From Euglena gracilis (Eukaryota): DNA of 64,000 bases. Shown piece after piece: positions 36,173 to 48,100 of the stretch (positions within the stretch are counted from its first letter, which is position 1; the number at the start of each line of letters is the position of its first letter). Both the position numbers and the translations under genes were made by a program. The notes beneath the pieces are model-generated. The model was not told the DNA's origin, made no database searches, and saw nothing but the letters and a program-made list of their open reading frames with translations. Location of the stretch: the NCBI GenBank assembly GCA_039621445.1, contig CP154954.1:32589455-32653454 (forward strand). Direction: 5' to 3'.

Positions 36173-37277
36173 TGACGACCTTTTGAGGTCGACCGCCGGG
36201 CGGCGGAGTTTTTCCCTTTTAGAAGGCCTTTTTAAGGGCGGTTTAGCTCTAATTTTAAGGCTTTCTAAAGATTTCCATTAAAATTCCCTCTCCTAGGGCG
36301 CCCATGGTTTGGTTGTGCAAGGAGAGAGATTGAGTGATGCTAGGTATTCCCAAAGGGAGATTTTGGGTCTATTTAGCATATTTTTAAGCTTTTTATGCAT
36401 TTTTCCTTTGGTTTTAAGGGAAAATGTTGGATTTGGTGAGAGCGCTTGCAAGCGCTTGGAACAGAATTTTAAGAGATTGGCGCCTGAGTTCCTGGAGTTT
36501 TTGCAGGGGTTTGCAAAGCTCAATAATGATGGAATTCAGCATAATTTATCAAAATCAAGGGGGGAAACCTTGATTTTGACCTGGGTTGGTTGATTTTGAT
36601 GCAATGGGCAAGAATTTGGGATTTGAGAGCGCTTAGGAATCAGCGCACTCAATCCTAAATTTAACTGCCCATCAAGGGCATCAAAATCACTTTCTTTTCA
36701 CAGGGTTTTCCTCTTCACTTGTTTCACCATTGAATTTGTTGTGTCAATTACAACCAATTACATTCAATCATTGAACTTGGATTTACAATTGGAATTGCAA
36801 ATGGAAGGACAACAAATCAATCAAGAATGCTCAATTGAAGAAGGTGAGGTTTGTCTTCCCCCCACCTCATCTGTGGGAAAAGGGGCAGGGGGGTGGGACT
36901 CCTCAAATCAGGCAACCACAGACCAATTTTCACCCCAAAACCCCCTTTTGGCCCAGAAACTGTGAGAAATGACACCCAGGGGGGGTGTTGGCTCTCACTG
37001 GCTCAGCTGAGCAGGGAGGGGTCGAAACCCCAAAGGCACCCCCCTTGGAGATCCCAGTGACACCCCCCTCAGGGGTCGGGGAGGGTCCACTGGGAGGTTC
37101 CTCCTTGGAAATGATGGCCCAGTTTCGGCCACAGGGGGGGCCAGAATGGGAAAAAATTTCCGACACAAGTCGGCTCGAGGAGCCAAAAAACGATCCTACG
37201 CCGGAAACTGGCCCGGGGCGGGGGTTTCCGCTTCACCCCAGTGCTGCCGAGGGACATGGCAGCACGGGTGTGAAACA
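36173..37277 (+). repeat. Element A 3' LTR
   Basis: Near-identical to 24174-25281. Confidence 0.95.
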
Positions 37278-37746
37278 CCACACAATTCATTTTTTGAGGC
37301 ACTGTTGGCCAAAGTCCCTGATTTTTTTTAAAAAAATCGAAATCGAAATCTCACACAATGAAAGCTGCCAAAAAGGATTTTCACCGAGGGGGTAGCGTGG
37401 GACTTAGGCCTTGGGGTGGAGTGCCCAGGGTTTGTTTTGTTTGGAATCGTTTTTCGGATTTTGTGTCCAAAGACCCGTTCCCCATGCTTGTCGGAGGAAA
37501 GGGGTGGGGGTTGTTCCCCGGAGACCTGATTTTTCAGAGTCCCCCAAGGTGCCCGATATTATGGCTGGGGGGGTTAGACTCGTAACGCAGATTTTCAAAA
37601 AAAAAGGCGACAGGACCCGTTTCAAAAAAAAACCAGAATTTTCGCCCCCCACAAAAAAATTAAAAAAACAGAATTTTCTCTCCCCGTTTTTGCACGGGGG
37701 GGGGGGGGCAGAAAAACGGGTCCGACTAACGTCGCAAGGGAGGGGG

Positions 37747-38345
37747 TGTCGGCTGCCACTGGCGTCGGCAGCCAAAAAATTCCCAAAAATTCCCAAAAAA
37801 CCCCCGGTAGGAATAACCAAAGCAAGTCAACCGCCACGCGATTGGAATTGGAACCCCAGCAAATTCCAGGAAGAATTTTCAGAATTCGATTTGAGAATCA
37901 CAGAAGTAGAAAAGTCAATTGAGAATTGAAGAATCAAAAGAGACAATTCCAAAGAAGCCAAGGCATTCATTTCCATATTATTTTTTCCTCTCAACTCCTG
38001 AACTCAAAGGTACTCACCTACCCTCTCCAGCCAGGTTTGTTTTGTGCTGTGATTTGCTCACCTAAGTAGGTGGGTTGGTTTTGTCATTGTTGAATTTCAT
38101 CCTGAAAGTTCAAAGTTGGAAAATGGGAAAAAAACAACAATGGAGGGAAAAAAAGATCCTACGCGGGGCAACTGCGGACCCCGGGTCGGGGGGGCACACC
38201 TCACCCCCTTTACCGCCGGTTGGCATGTTCGAAAACGGGTCCCAATTTCAGAAAGGCCCTGGCCTGAGCCCTCCAGGGCCGGAAAAAAGTGGTTGCGGCC
38301 CCGGCAGCCCCCCCGCGGGGCGAGCGGGGTCTCTGACCCCCAACA
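37747..38345 (+). repeat. Element C 3' LTR
   Basis: Near-identical to 19378-19977; preceded by AAGGGAGGGGG. Confidence 0.93.
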
Positions 38346-41300
38346 AGGGGCAGAGGTGAACCTGGTCCGAAGAGGCATGCTACCCAGCACATACCTCCTG
38401 CCTGCCCCCAAGCCCCTGTCCCTGGTGACGGCTAGTGGAGCCAAGATAGAAGGGGGGGAACGTGAGGCAACCCTGGGCCTGGTCCTCCGGCGGGAGGGGG
38501 GCCTGGGTCAGGGGGAAGGGGCCTTGTGGACGGCCCCAGCCTCCTTCTATGAGGCAGACATCCACGTGGAGGCCATCATCGGCTTTCCGTGGCTGGAGGA
38601 AAACCAGCTCGGGGTGTTACCACATCTCCGAGCCTTGGCATTGAGGGGAGTGCAGGTGGTCCTCCTTCGGCGACATGATGCGGAGGGTGAGCAAGTTCAG
38701 CCAGCAGCCCACAAAAAGGCACAAAGGCGAGTGAAAATGGTGGAAAGAGTCAGAGCACTGCGGCCTGCTTTGCCAGAGGCAGCCCTGGGGGAGGACACCG
38801 AGGAGCCTGAGTGGGAGGAAAACCCCCTGCACGACGATGAGGCGACCCAGGAGACAGTGGCCAAGGAACTCCTGTGGGCAGCCCGGGAGGTCGAAGCAAG
38901 GGCAGCCCAAGGGGTCATCCTTGTTGCCGAAGGGGAACAGGTGACCAGCCAGCGGGCTGAGGAGCTCCGGGCAGCCCTCCGGAGGGACTTCGAGGGGGAG
39001 GTTCTCCGGGACAGGATTTGGGGGGAAAGAATCGTTCGGGGGCCCCTGGGGGAAGGGAAAATCGAATTAAAACCGGGATCTGTGGCAAAGAAACAGAGGC
39101 CCATCCACCTGACGGGGGAGAGGCACAGGGCCTTGTGTGACCTAGTGGATGAGTGGGTTCGGGACAAGAAGGTGGAGGAGGGGGTGCCAAGTGCCTGGAG
39201 CAGCCCCACATTCGTGGTGGCCAAGAAACAACGGAAGTGACGTGGGGTTGTGGATTTCCGGGCATTAAACGAGGCCACAGTGACGGATGCCTACCCCCTC
39301 CCCAGGATTGAAGACATCCTGGTGAACCAGGGACGGAGGTACCTGTTCTCCGTCCTTGATCTCAAGGATGCCTTCCATCAGGTGCCCCTGCACGAAGACC
39401 CACGCCCATACACCTGCTGCAGCACCCTCCGAGGGTCCAAGCAGTGGTGTGTGGTCGTGATGGGCCTCAAAAATGGAGTGGCCATTTTTCAGCGGGTGAT
39501 CGACTACTCGCTGAGGGAAGTGGCTGATGTCGCCAACCCATACGTTGACGACATCATCGTGGTGTGGCACGGAGGAAGCTACCATGGAGGCACACGACCA
39601 GGACACCAGGCGAGTGTTAGGGGCACTGAGGAAACACCGCCTAGTCGTGGACAAAAACAAGTGCCGCTTCTTCGTAAGAGAAGTGGAATTCTGTGGCCAC
39701 ATTCTGGGGGGAGGAAAATGGAGGCCAGCACCGGGCAAACTCATGGCGCTGGAGAAGTGGGAGGAGCTCCGCACGATCACAGCCCTCAGGGGCTTTCTGG
39801 GCTTCACCAACTACTACTCCAGCTACGTGAAGGAGTATGCCCGGTATGCAGCCCCCCTGATGGAACTCCTCAAGGTGGGACGTGTGGAAGGGGAAAAAGG
39901 CAGCAAAAAACCTGTGAAATTCGGCCAAGTGGAACGGGAGGCCTTCACCGCCCTGAAGCAGGAGCTCCTCCGGGGATTGGAGCTCCATACCATCAACCCG
40001 GACCAGCCATTCATCCTCCGGGTTGATGCGAGCGACAAGGCGGTGGGGGCAGCCCTGGAACAGTTTTTGGAGCCAACAGAGGGGATGCCCACAGCCGTGG
40101 AAGCCAATACACGGAAAACCGTGCCTGTGGCCTTCTGCTCCAGGAAACTCACGGCTGGACAGGTGAAAACCTGGTCTCCGCGAGAGAAGGAGACCTACGC
40201 CATCATCCTGGCCCTCCAGAAATGGGCCTCCTACATCGGCCTGCAGCCGGTGTTGGTCCTCACGGACCACAAGTCCCTGGAGGCCTGGGCCAAGGAAACC
40301 CTGGACACGCCCAGCGGACCTGCGGGAAGGCGGGGACGCTGGCATGAAATGTTCTCCCTATTTGACTTTCACGTGGTCTACATCCTGGTAAAGGAAAACG
40401 TGGTGGCGGATGCCCTCAGCCGGTGGGCATATCCTGCCTCCAAGGCATTTGCCGACATCAGCCTCCACGGGAGCGAGGAGGATGATGAGGCAATGAGGGC
40501 CATGATCGAAGAAGAACGGAGGGAAGAGCGGGAATGCGGGACACCGCACGGAGGGGAGGAACTCCACGTGGCGGTAACAACAGGCAGCGGGAGAGACACA
40601 TCGCAGGCGGAACGGGCAGCAAAGCACAAACCTGCCCCAGCACCACAGATGGGGAGGGGGCTGAGGATTCAGTGCCAGGGGGCCCTGGACCTGACCCCAC
40701 AGGGAAGGAGGGGCCTGTGGACGCCCCCTCGGGAGATTCGGGTCCCATCCTCGCGGGAGGGGAGGGGCCTGGTGTACCTGGGTTGGACACGCGGGAGACA
40801 CGAGGTTCCCCACGTGCCCATCTTTTCGTGGATGAATTCGGGAATGAACAGCCGACAAGAAGGGCGGGACCTGAGGAACACCAACCAGGGCGAAGAGTTC
40901 TGAGTGAGGACCTGCAGCCAAACCCCCTCATCGATGATCCCCACGGGGGGATCTCGGGGAACCTGTGGGGGAACCAATTTCATTTTCTCCAGACACGGGG
41001 GTGCACACCCAGGAGGAGGTGGAGGAGGATCCCTCCATCCCAGTGATGGAAAGGGATTAGTCACGGGTCATATGAAAATTGCCCTGTGTGGGGGCCTGTT
41101 TATGCAACTGTGCAGGCCCCTGCAGGAGAGTGGCCTGAGGGAGTCCGTCTGTACGAGGACAAAATGTACACGGACGGGCTCCTCTGTGTGCCCACCAGCC
41201 TGATGGGGCTCGTGGTCCGGGCCCGCCACGGGGACGCGGGCCACCCAGGAGCCTCCAGGCTCTGGCACCAGATGGGGCGGTGGTACAGGTTCGCTGATCC

Positions 41301-42546
41301 AAGGGGGGCTGAGAAAATCACCCAAGGCATCCAGCGGCAATGTGAAATCTGCCAAGCCTGTGACCCCTCTCGAGCACCTTTCAAGTGTGCTCTCGAAGCC
41401 ACCCCTGTGCCACCGTTCCTCATGGACAGTGTGGCAGTGGACCTGTTCGCCATGCCTGAGGTGACACACGAGGGCCAGGTGTATGATCACCTGGCCCTGT
41501 GCGTGGACCGTGAGAGTGGGTGGACAGTGGCCACCCCCCACAAGTACAAGGGCCTGACAGCTGAGGTGGTGGCCAAGGCCATGTTCCGCCACTGGGACAT
41601 GTTTGGGGTGCCCTCTGTGGTGACCTCGGACCGTGGCCCCCACTTCGCTTCGGCTTGGTGGCAAACAATGTGCGCCGCCATGGGGGTGAGGCGTGCCTAA
41701 GGGCAGGCCTACCACCACCAGGCCAACGGTCGGGCAGAGGTGGCAGGCCAACGGGAGATGAACACCCTGTCCAAGCTCATCGCCGACCTGTCGGAGAAGG
41801 AGGCCTCATGGGTGGTGCTGTTACCCAGGGTCCTCCGGCACCTGCACGATGTGCCAGGGGAGTCCTGCTTGTCGCCCTACGAGGTGGTCTTCGGGCGGCA
41901 CCGGCCACTCCAAGGCCTGCCCCACCAGCCCCCACGAGAGGCCGAGGGGGCAGCCGACTTCGTGGCACGGATGCGGGCTATGGCCTCAACCTTGAATGCC
42001 CTGCACGCCAAACGGTGGGCTTCCATCAACGCCAAGAGAAGGGACCCACCTCCCCTGGAGGTCGGTGCCAAGGTGTGGTACCGCCCCGAGACACAGCCGC
42101 GCACAGACAAGTTGGCCACCAAGTGGAAAAGGGGGACTGTGGTGGCCCGCCGGGGTCGCCACTCGTATGTGGTGGAGCTGGCCCCGGGGGTCCGCCAAGA
42201 GGCACACCGGAGCCAACTCAAGCTCCACACAGAGGATGAGTTCTCCACCGACCCCCTCCCACTTTTCTATTTCAACGACAAGGCGGCCCCCCTGGAGGTG
42301 GGCCCGGATGAGTGGGTGGTGGAGGAGATCGTGGGCAGCCGGAACAACCCGGAAACGGGCGTCCCGGAATTTCAGGTGAGGTGGAAAAATTGGGATCCGA
42401 CGGATCTCCAATGGCTGCCATGGTCGGATTTCTTCCCATTCTACAACGAGGATGTGGTGGACTATTGTGCAGCGAAGGGGATCCCGTTGGAGGTGGTGGG
42501 ACTTCTCCGCCCCGGGAGGAAAGGGGGGCGGGGTCGAAGGCAATAG
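38346..42546 (+). pseudogene. pol: Element B pol (PR C-half, RT, RH, IN, chromodomain) with stops and frameshifts
   Basis: LDLKDAFHQ, YVDD, VDAS, HGDAGH/CEIC, AVDLF, TSDRG, EWVVEEIV...VRWKNW; stops at 39238 and 41698. Confidence 0.92.
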
Positions 42547-44181
42547 GGGGAGGGTTTTAGGTGGAAGCAGGGGGAAATTGGGTGCGGGGACTGTGGTGGT
42601 GGCGGAGCACCCCTACGTCCCTGGCCCTGATTCTGATTTTGTTTGTGTGGTTGTTATTCGTGTCTTCGCAGGTTCAACTTCAATTTCAAATTCAGATTTC
42701 AAACCCCTGCGACTGCCCCTTGGCTACGGGCGTGGGGCCGGTGGCCCCAGAAGCCGGGGGCCTGGTGGCCCTCTCAAGGGGACAGGACGGCCGGGCGGGG
42801 CGAGGAGGCCGCACAACTGCACGGGGGGGGGCTCCCATCCCCAAGGGCCCCTGGGGGGCGCACATTCTCCCCTCCCAGGGCTGGCCTCGCCCAACACCCA
42901 CGGCCACAGAGCGCCTGCCCAGGGCGAGTGCCCCCCGGCGCCCACTCGCCGCACGTGCTCAACACCGCACGGTGCAGTACCCGGGCGCCGAGGGGGCCCA
43001 CGAGGCCGCTAGGGCCCAAGGGGGGGTCTCGAGCCCCTGCATTCCTTCAGTTCTGCCCTTCACATCACCGTTTGATTTCTTTTTCGATTTCAGTTCTGAA
43101 TTTTGGAGGGCCCCGCCAAGGCGGGGGGGCTGACGGCGGACACCCCTCCTCGGCCCACCATGCCGGGGGGGGGGGCACCTACCATTTTAACCAATTTTTG
43201 ATGGTTGGCCACACACCTCTTCGGCCCACCGTGCCGAGGGAGGGGGGGGGGGGCGCCTGCCAATTCTTCCCTATTTTTGACGGTTGGCTGCCCCCCTCAT
43301 CGGCCAACCGTGCCGACGGAAAGGGGCGGGCGGCCTGGGCGCCTGCCGATTTTTTTGCTGTCGTCCACACCCCTCCTCGGCCCACCATGTCGGGGGAGGG
43401 GGGGGGGGGCGTCTGCTGATTTTCCACTTTTTTTAAAAAAAATTCACCCCGTCGGCCAATTTTTGAAGTTAACCACGCCAAGGGCGGGGGGCAAGCGCCA
43501 AACCCCCTCCGCATCGGAGGGAGCAGGGGGGGGGGCAGCCCCCAGCCCCCCTCTCAAGAGGACGGGCCACGGCCAAGGCGGCCCAGCCCACAACGCGGGG
43601 GGGGGGGGAAGCCCCAACCCCCTCCACAGGGGGGGGGGGCAGTCCCCTCCTCCAGGGAACGGGCCCCACCCAAGACGCCTCCCCGGCGCCCCCTCCAGCA
43701 CGCACCCCTGCCAAGCCCCCGGGGGCCTTTTGCCCCGGGATACCGGGCAAGGCGGGGCGGCCCTGCTGGGTTGGTCAAATGTTTCCTTCCCAACATGCAA
43801 GAGCTTTCCACCCCAGGCCAAGCGGGGCCTGGGGGGGATCACAATTACACATTGGCATCGAGTGTTTCGGGGGGGGGGGCAGTCCGCCCCTACCCCTGGG
43901 CCAAGAAGGCTCACGGGACCGGAGGGGGAGCGGAGGGGCCCCAAGCGGTGCCTTCACGGGTCACGAGCCCGGAGGCGCCCGTCCCCCTTCTCGCCCCTCC
44001 CCTGTACCCCCTCCCCGACAGCACGCGCCACACACGGCACGTGGCGCCACCGCTTGTGCGTTTCAACAAGAAAAAAATACAACTTTTTTCAGAGGCGGGA
44101 AAGCAAAAAGGGGGGGGCGGCACCTCGGACCGGCAAAGGAGTCCAACTTAAATTGCACGGCAATTTTTTTGAGGAGGGGAG

Positions 44182-44861
44182 TGTGCGCGGTCCGAGGGTG
44201 CCCGCCCCAAGGAGGGGTCCCAAGGGGGCCCAAAGGGGCCACGAAGGGCCGCGAGGGGGCTCCAAGGCCCCCAAGGGCCTTTTGAGGCCCCGCTGGCCCC
44301 CAAGGGGGCCCCACAGCCCATTTTGACCAAGCCAAGGGAAGGTAAAGGAGGGGGCAGGTTGAGAGGGCCAACAGGCAACCCCCAAGGGGATGCGCAAGCC
44401 CTGCTGGGCTTTGCGCATGCATGCGCACCCCCTTGGTGGGCGCTCAGATGGCGCAATTCATTAGGAATTGCGCAAAGTATACCAAGTAGCCCCCCCCCAG
44501 CTGTAGCCCCCCTCCAATTGTACATTTTCTGTTCACAGTGCTCTGTTCACACTCTGTCATTGTGTTCACAAATTTTTTTCTTGCAAGTCAATTCAAGGAC
44601 AAATCAAGGAAATACAAATAACAAATTTCAAGTTCAAGTCTCATTGATCAAGAATTGAAGTTCATTTGTAAAGACAAAGGTATGTCTTTTACCCATTATT
44701 CAACATCTCCATCTAACACCAACACCCACCCCTACCCTACTTTTTCAACAAGGAGAAAACCCCCACCAGGTGGGCCCGACGGGCTCAAATTTTACGGATC
44801 CTACGCGGGTTGCGCCGCCAGGGGTCCCTTCACAGGTACCTCAGGAGGGTCAGCCCTTACA
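44182..44861 (+). repeat. Element B 3' LTR
   Basis: Matches 12968-13645; PPT GAGGAGGGGAG at 44171-44181. Confidence 0.93.
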
Positions 44862-45124
44862 CCATGTCAATTTCCCATCTGCTGATGGGGTATGCCAATA
44901 ATTCTTCTGAAGGTACCCAGTTGACTTGGAGGTTGAATTGGTGCTCCATGCACCACTTGAAAAATGGTCTCAGCATTTTGTTGAAGGGTCCTTTCTGCCC
45001 CCACCTTTTGTTAGGTAAAAGTAAATTACCTGGTTGTCCACTGACAAGGAAACGGTTTCCCCAGGTTTGCTCAAACTTTTCACAGTGCTGATTGCTGCAC
45101 TGAGCTCCTTAACATTGATGTGCA
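44862..45124 (-). mobile_element. DIRS RNase H fragment (continuation of the minus copy, cut by the duplication junction)
   Basis: Matches 55686-55949 and the reverse complement of ~58578-58840. Confidence 0.88.
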
Positions 45125-45127
45125 TGT

Positions 45128-48100
45128 GGTCCCATTCTATGCCCCTTCACAGATGCAGGTGGACCCCATCACAGGGCTGAGGCCCTGGGAAAAATGACGG
45201 GAGTTTCCTCGTCATTGATTTCATTTTTTATTTCTCCCCTGAAATCTTCAAACACCACCACACCCTGGTTTGGGTGAGAATGGTGTGGGCAATCGAGGAT
45301 ATTTCATTGCCCCGTTGATTTTTCTGTCATTTTCCATTGAACTCCCGTGAAAGGATTTCAAGGGTGAATGAAAGATTCTCGTGGCTAGGCGGAAACTAGC
45401 CCGGGATCTTATTTTTTGCACGGGTGGGTGATTTCCAATCAAAGGATCCCACCCTGGAACGGGAAGGGAGATTGCCAACAACAACAAAAGCGAAACGTTG
45501 AATGAGTGCATGATTGCCACCCGTTTTGTTTATGTTGTTGTGGGTGGATTCCGGTTTGGAAGTTTCACCAAAAATTCTTAAAGAGGACAAACCACCGGAA
45601 GCACAACCGAGGGTTTGTTCTTTTGACAACCTTCTCCAAGTATTGGGGGGGGGGTTAATGGCAATGTGGCTTTGAGGTTGCCCCGTCGGTTTGGCTCGGC
45701 TAAGCCACATTGCTAAATTTTCGGTGTGCATGGTTTGCCACCACACTAAGGGAAGGCAAACCGGCACAAAAGGAAGACGCCGAAGCCCATCGACTTGAAC
45801 AACAACAAAAATTGTCGAGTCAATGGCTTTGGCGACCATCACCACTTGGGGGCATTATTGCCCGTCCACCGTCATGGTGTTGAATTTATCCATTGGTGAT
45901 GGTGTATTGTTGTATTATTGGGATTTTGGTTGTATTTTTGGTGTGGTCCCGTTTCGTCTGCCTACTCAGGTCCATCAACAAGGCTGAAGCAGCTGATTTT
46001 TGGTATTGATGGACGAGGAGGTGGAGTTGATGTGTGAGCATGCGGAGATGGTAACTTTGCCGTCTGCCGTTTGCAACTCGCTCTGACCACTACACCTGTT
46101 TTCGCACCTGTTTTCAAGAAAGAGGAATCTGTGGTTTTTCATTTCTCCCTTCTCACGGGTCGGTGACACTCGTGGGGGAGTCCTTTTCTCCAATCGGTTT
46201 GATTGGGTTGTACAATCATACCCCCCACCTTTGGGCAAGTGGAGCCCGAAACCCCGGTCAGCTTGATCGGGGGGGGGGGGCGTGTTATCACTTCCAAAAA
46301 AAAAAGAAGTGAGTGGTCTTTTTCAACCTCCCCACCGGGGGGGGGGGGCAAGGCAAGCCCTCCCTTTGCCCGGGGGGGGGGCGGTTGCCCAAGGCTTTCC
46401 CCTCGGGGGGGGGGGGCAAGGCAAGCCTTCCCTTTGCCCGGGGGGGGGGGGGCGGTTGCCCAAGGCTTTCCCCTCGGGGGGGGCAAGTCAAGCCCACCTC
46501 TCGCCGGGGGGGGGGGGGGGGCAATCTTCTCCCCAAGTCCTTCCCCTCGGGGGGGGGGGGGCAAGTCAAGCCCACCTCTCGCCGGGGGGGGGGAATCTTT
46601 TCCCCAAGGCCTTCCCCTCGGGGGGGGGGCTGATTTTCATCTATCACCGAAAGGATTTTTGGTGATAATGAACCCTCCATTCCCTTCACGGTTGGGAATA
46701 CCGTGGGGGGGGGGCTGATTTTTATCCATTCAAGAAAGGATTTTTTTTGAGTGGTGTTGGACCGCCATTTCCTTTCACGGTGGTGAGAACCGTGGGGGGG
46801 GGGGGCTCGGTGTGGTGGAACGGTATCTATGGGTTATAGATTCCTCCTCACCATTACGCCACCACTTATTCACATTGCCGAACAATGTTGTCGCAATTGC
46901 GTTGCAAAAATTCAAAGTGTCTTTCATTCCCATCCCAAGGAAAGCGAGAAGGAGGGGGGGTGAAACCCCTGAGTTTCGTCGCAAGGGGGGGAGTGACGAC
47001 CTTTTGAGGTCGACCGCCGGGCGGCGGAGTTTTTCCCTTTTAGAAGGCCTTTTTAAGGGCGGTTTAGCTCTAATTTTAAGGCTTTCTAAAGATTTCCATT
47101 AAAATTCCCTCTCCTAGGGCGCCCATGGTTTGGTTGTGCAAGGAGAGAGATTGAGTGATGCTAGGTATTCCCAAAGGGAGATTTTGGGTCTATTTAGCAT
47201 ATTTTTAAGCTTTTTATGCATTTTTCCTTTGGTTTTAAGGGAAAATGTTGGATTTGGTGAGAGCGCTTGCAAGCGCTTGGAACAGAATTTTAAGAGATTG
47301 GCGCCTGAGTTCCTGGAGTTTTTGCAGGGGTTTGCAAAGCTCAATAATGATGGAATTCAGCATAATTTATCAAAATCAAGGGGGGAAACCTTAATTTCGA
47401 CCTGGGTTGGTTGATTTTGATGCAATGGGCAAGAATTTGGGATTTGAGAGCGCTTAGGAATCAGCGCACTCAATCCTAAATTTAACTGCCCATCAAGGGC
47501 ATCAAAATCACTTTCTTTTCACAGGGTTTTCCTCTTCACTTGTTTCACCACTGAATTTGTTGTGTCAATTACAACCAATTACATTCAATCATTGAACTTG
47601 GATTTACAATTGGAATTGCAAACGGAAGGACAACAAATCAATCAAGAATGCTCAATTGAAGAAGGTGAGGTTTGTCTTCCCCCCACCTCATCTGTGGGAA
47701 AAGGGGCAGGGGGGTGGGACTCCTCAAATCGAGCAACCACAGGCCAATTTTCTCCCCAAAACCCCCTTTTGGCCCAGAAACTGTGAGAAATGACACCCAG
47801 GGGGGGGTGTTGGCTCTCACTGGCTCAGCTGAGCAGGGAGGGGTCGAAACCCCAAAGGCACCCCCCTTGGAGATCCCAGTGACACCCCCCTCAGGGGTCG
47901 GGGAGGGTCCACTGGGACGTTCCTCCTTGGAAATGATGGCCCAGTTTCGGCCACAGGGGGGGCCAGAATGGGAAAAAATTTCCGACACAAGTCGGCTCGA
48001 GGAGCCAAAAAACGATCCTACGCCGGAAACTGGCCTGGGGCGGGGGTTTCCGCTTCACCCCAGTGCTGCCGAGGGACATGGCAGCACGGGTGTGAAACAC

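Larger units (their letters stand above)
24174..37277 (+). mobile_element. Ty3/gypsy chromovirus A (gag - C5 MTase - PR - RT - RH - IN - chromodomain), structurally complete
   Basis: LTRs 24174-25281 and 36173-37277 (TG...CA); TSD CCAC (24170-24173, 37278-37281); PBS; PPT. Confidence 0.95.
19378..38345 (+). mobile_element. Non-autonomous LTR element C (LARD-like), interrupted by A
   Basis: ~600 bp LTRs 19378-19977 and 37747-38345; TSD AGGG (19374-19377, 38346-38349); PBS 19978; PPT 37736-37746; no pol motifs seen. Confidence 0.9.
12968..44861 (+). mobile_element. Ty3/gypsy chromovirus B (gag - N6A MTase - C5 MTase - PR - RT - RH - IN - chromodomain), interrupted by C and A
   Basis: LTRs TG...CA at 12968-13645 and 44182-44861; TSD CCCT (12964-12967) vs CCAT here and CCCT at 55686-55689; PBS and PPT present. 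Confidence 0.92.

Noticed and set aside
42561-43133. env-like ORF after B pol (hydrophobic stretch)
   Set aside because: Only one hydrophobic segment from T-rich DNA followed by GC-rich low complexity; no supporting motif
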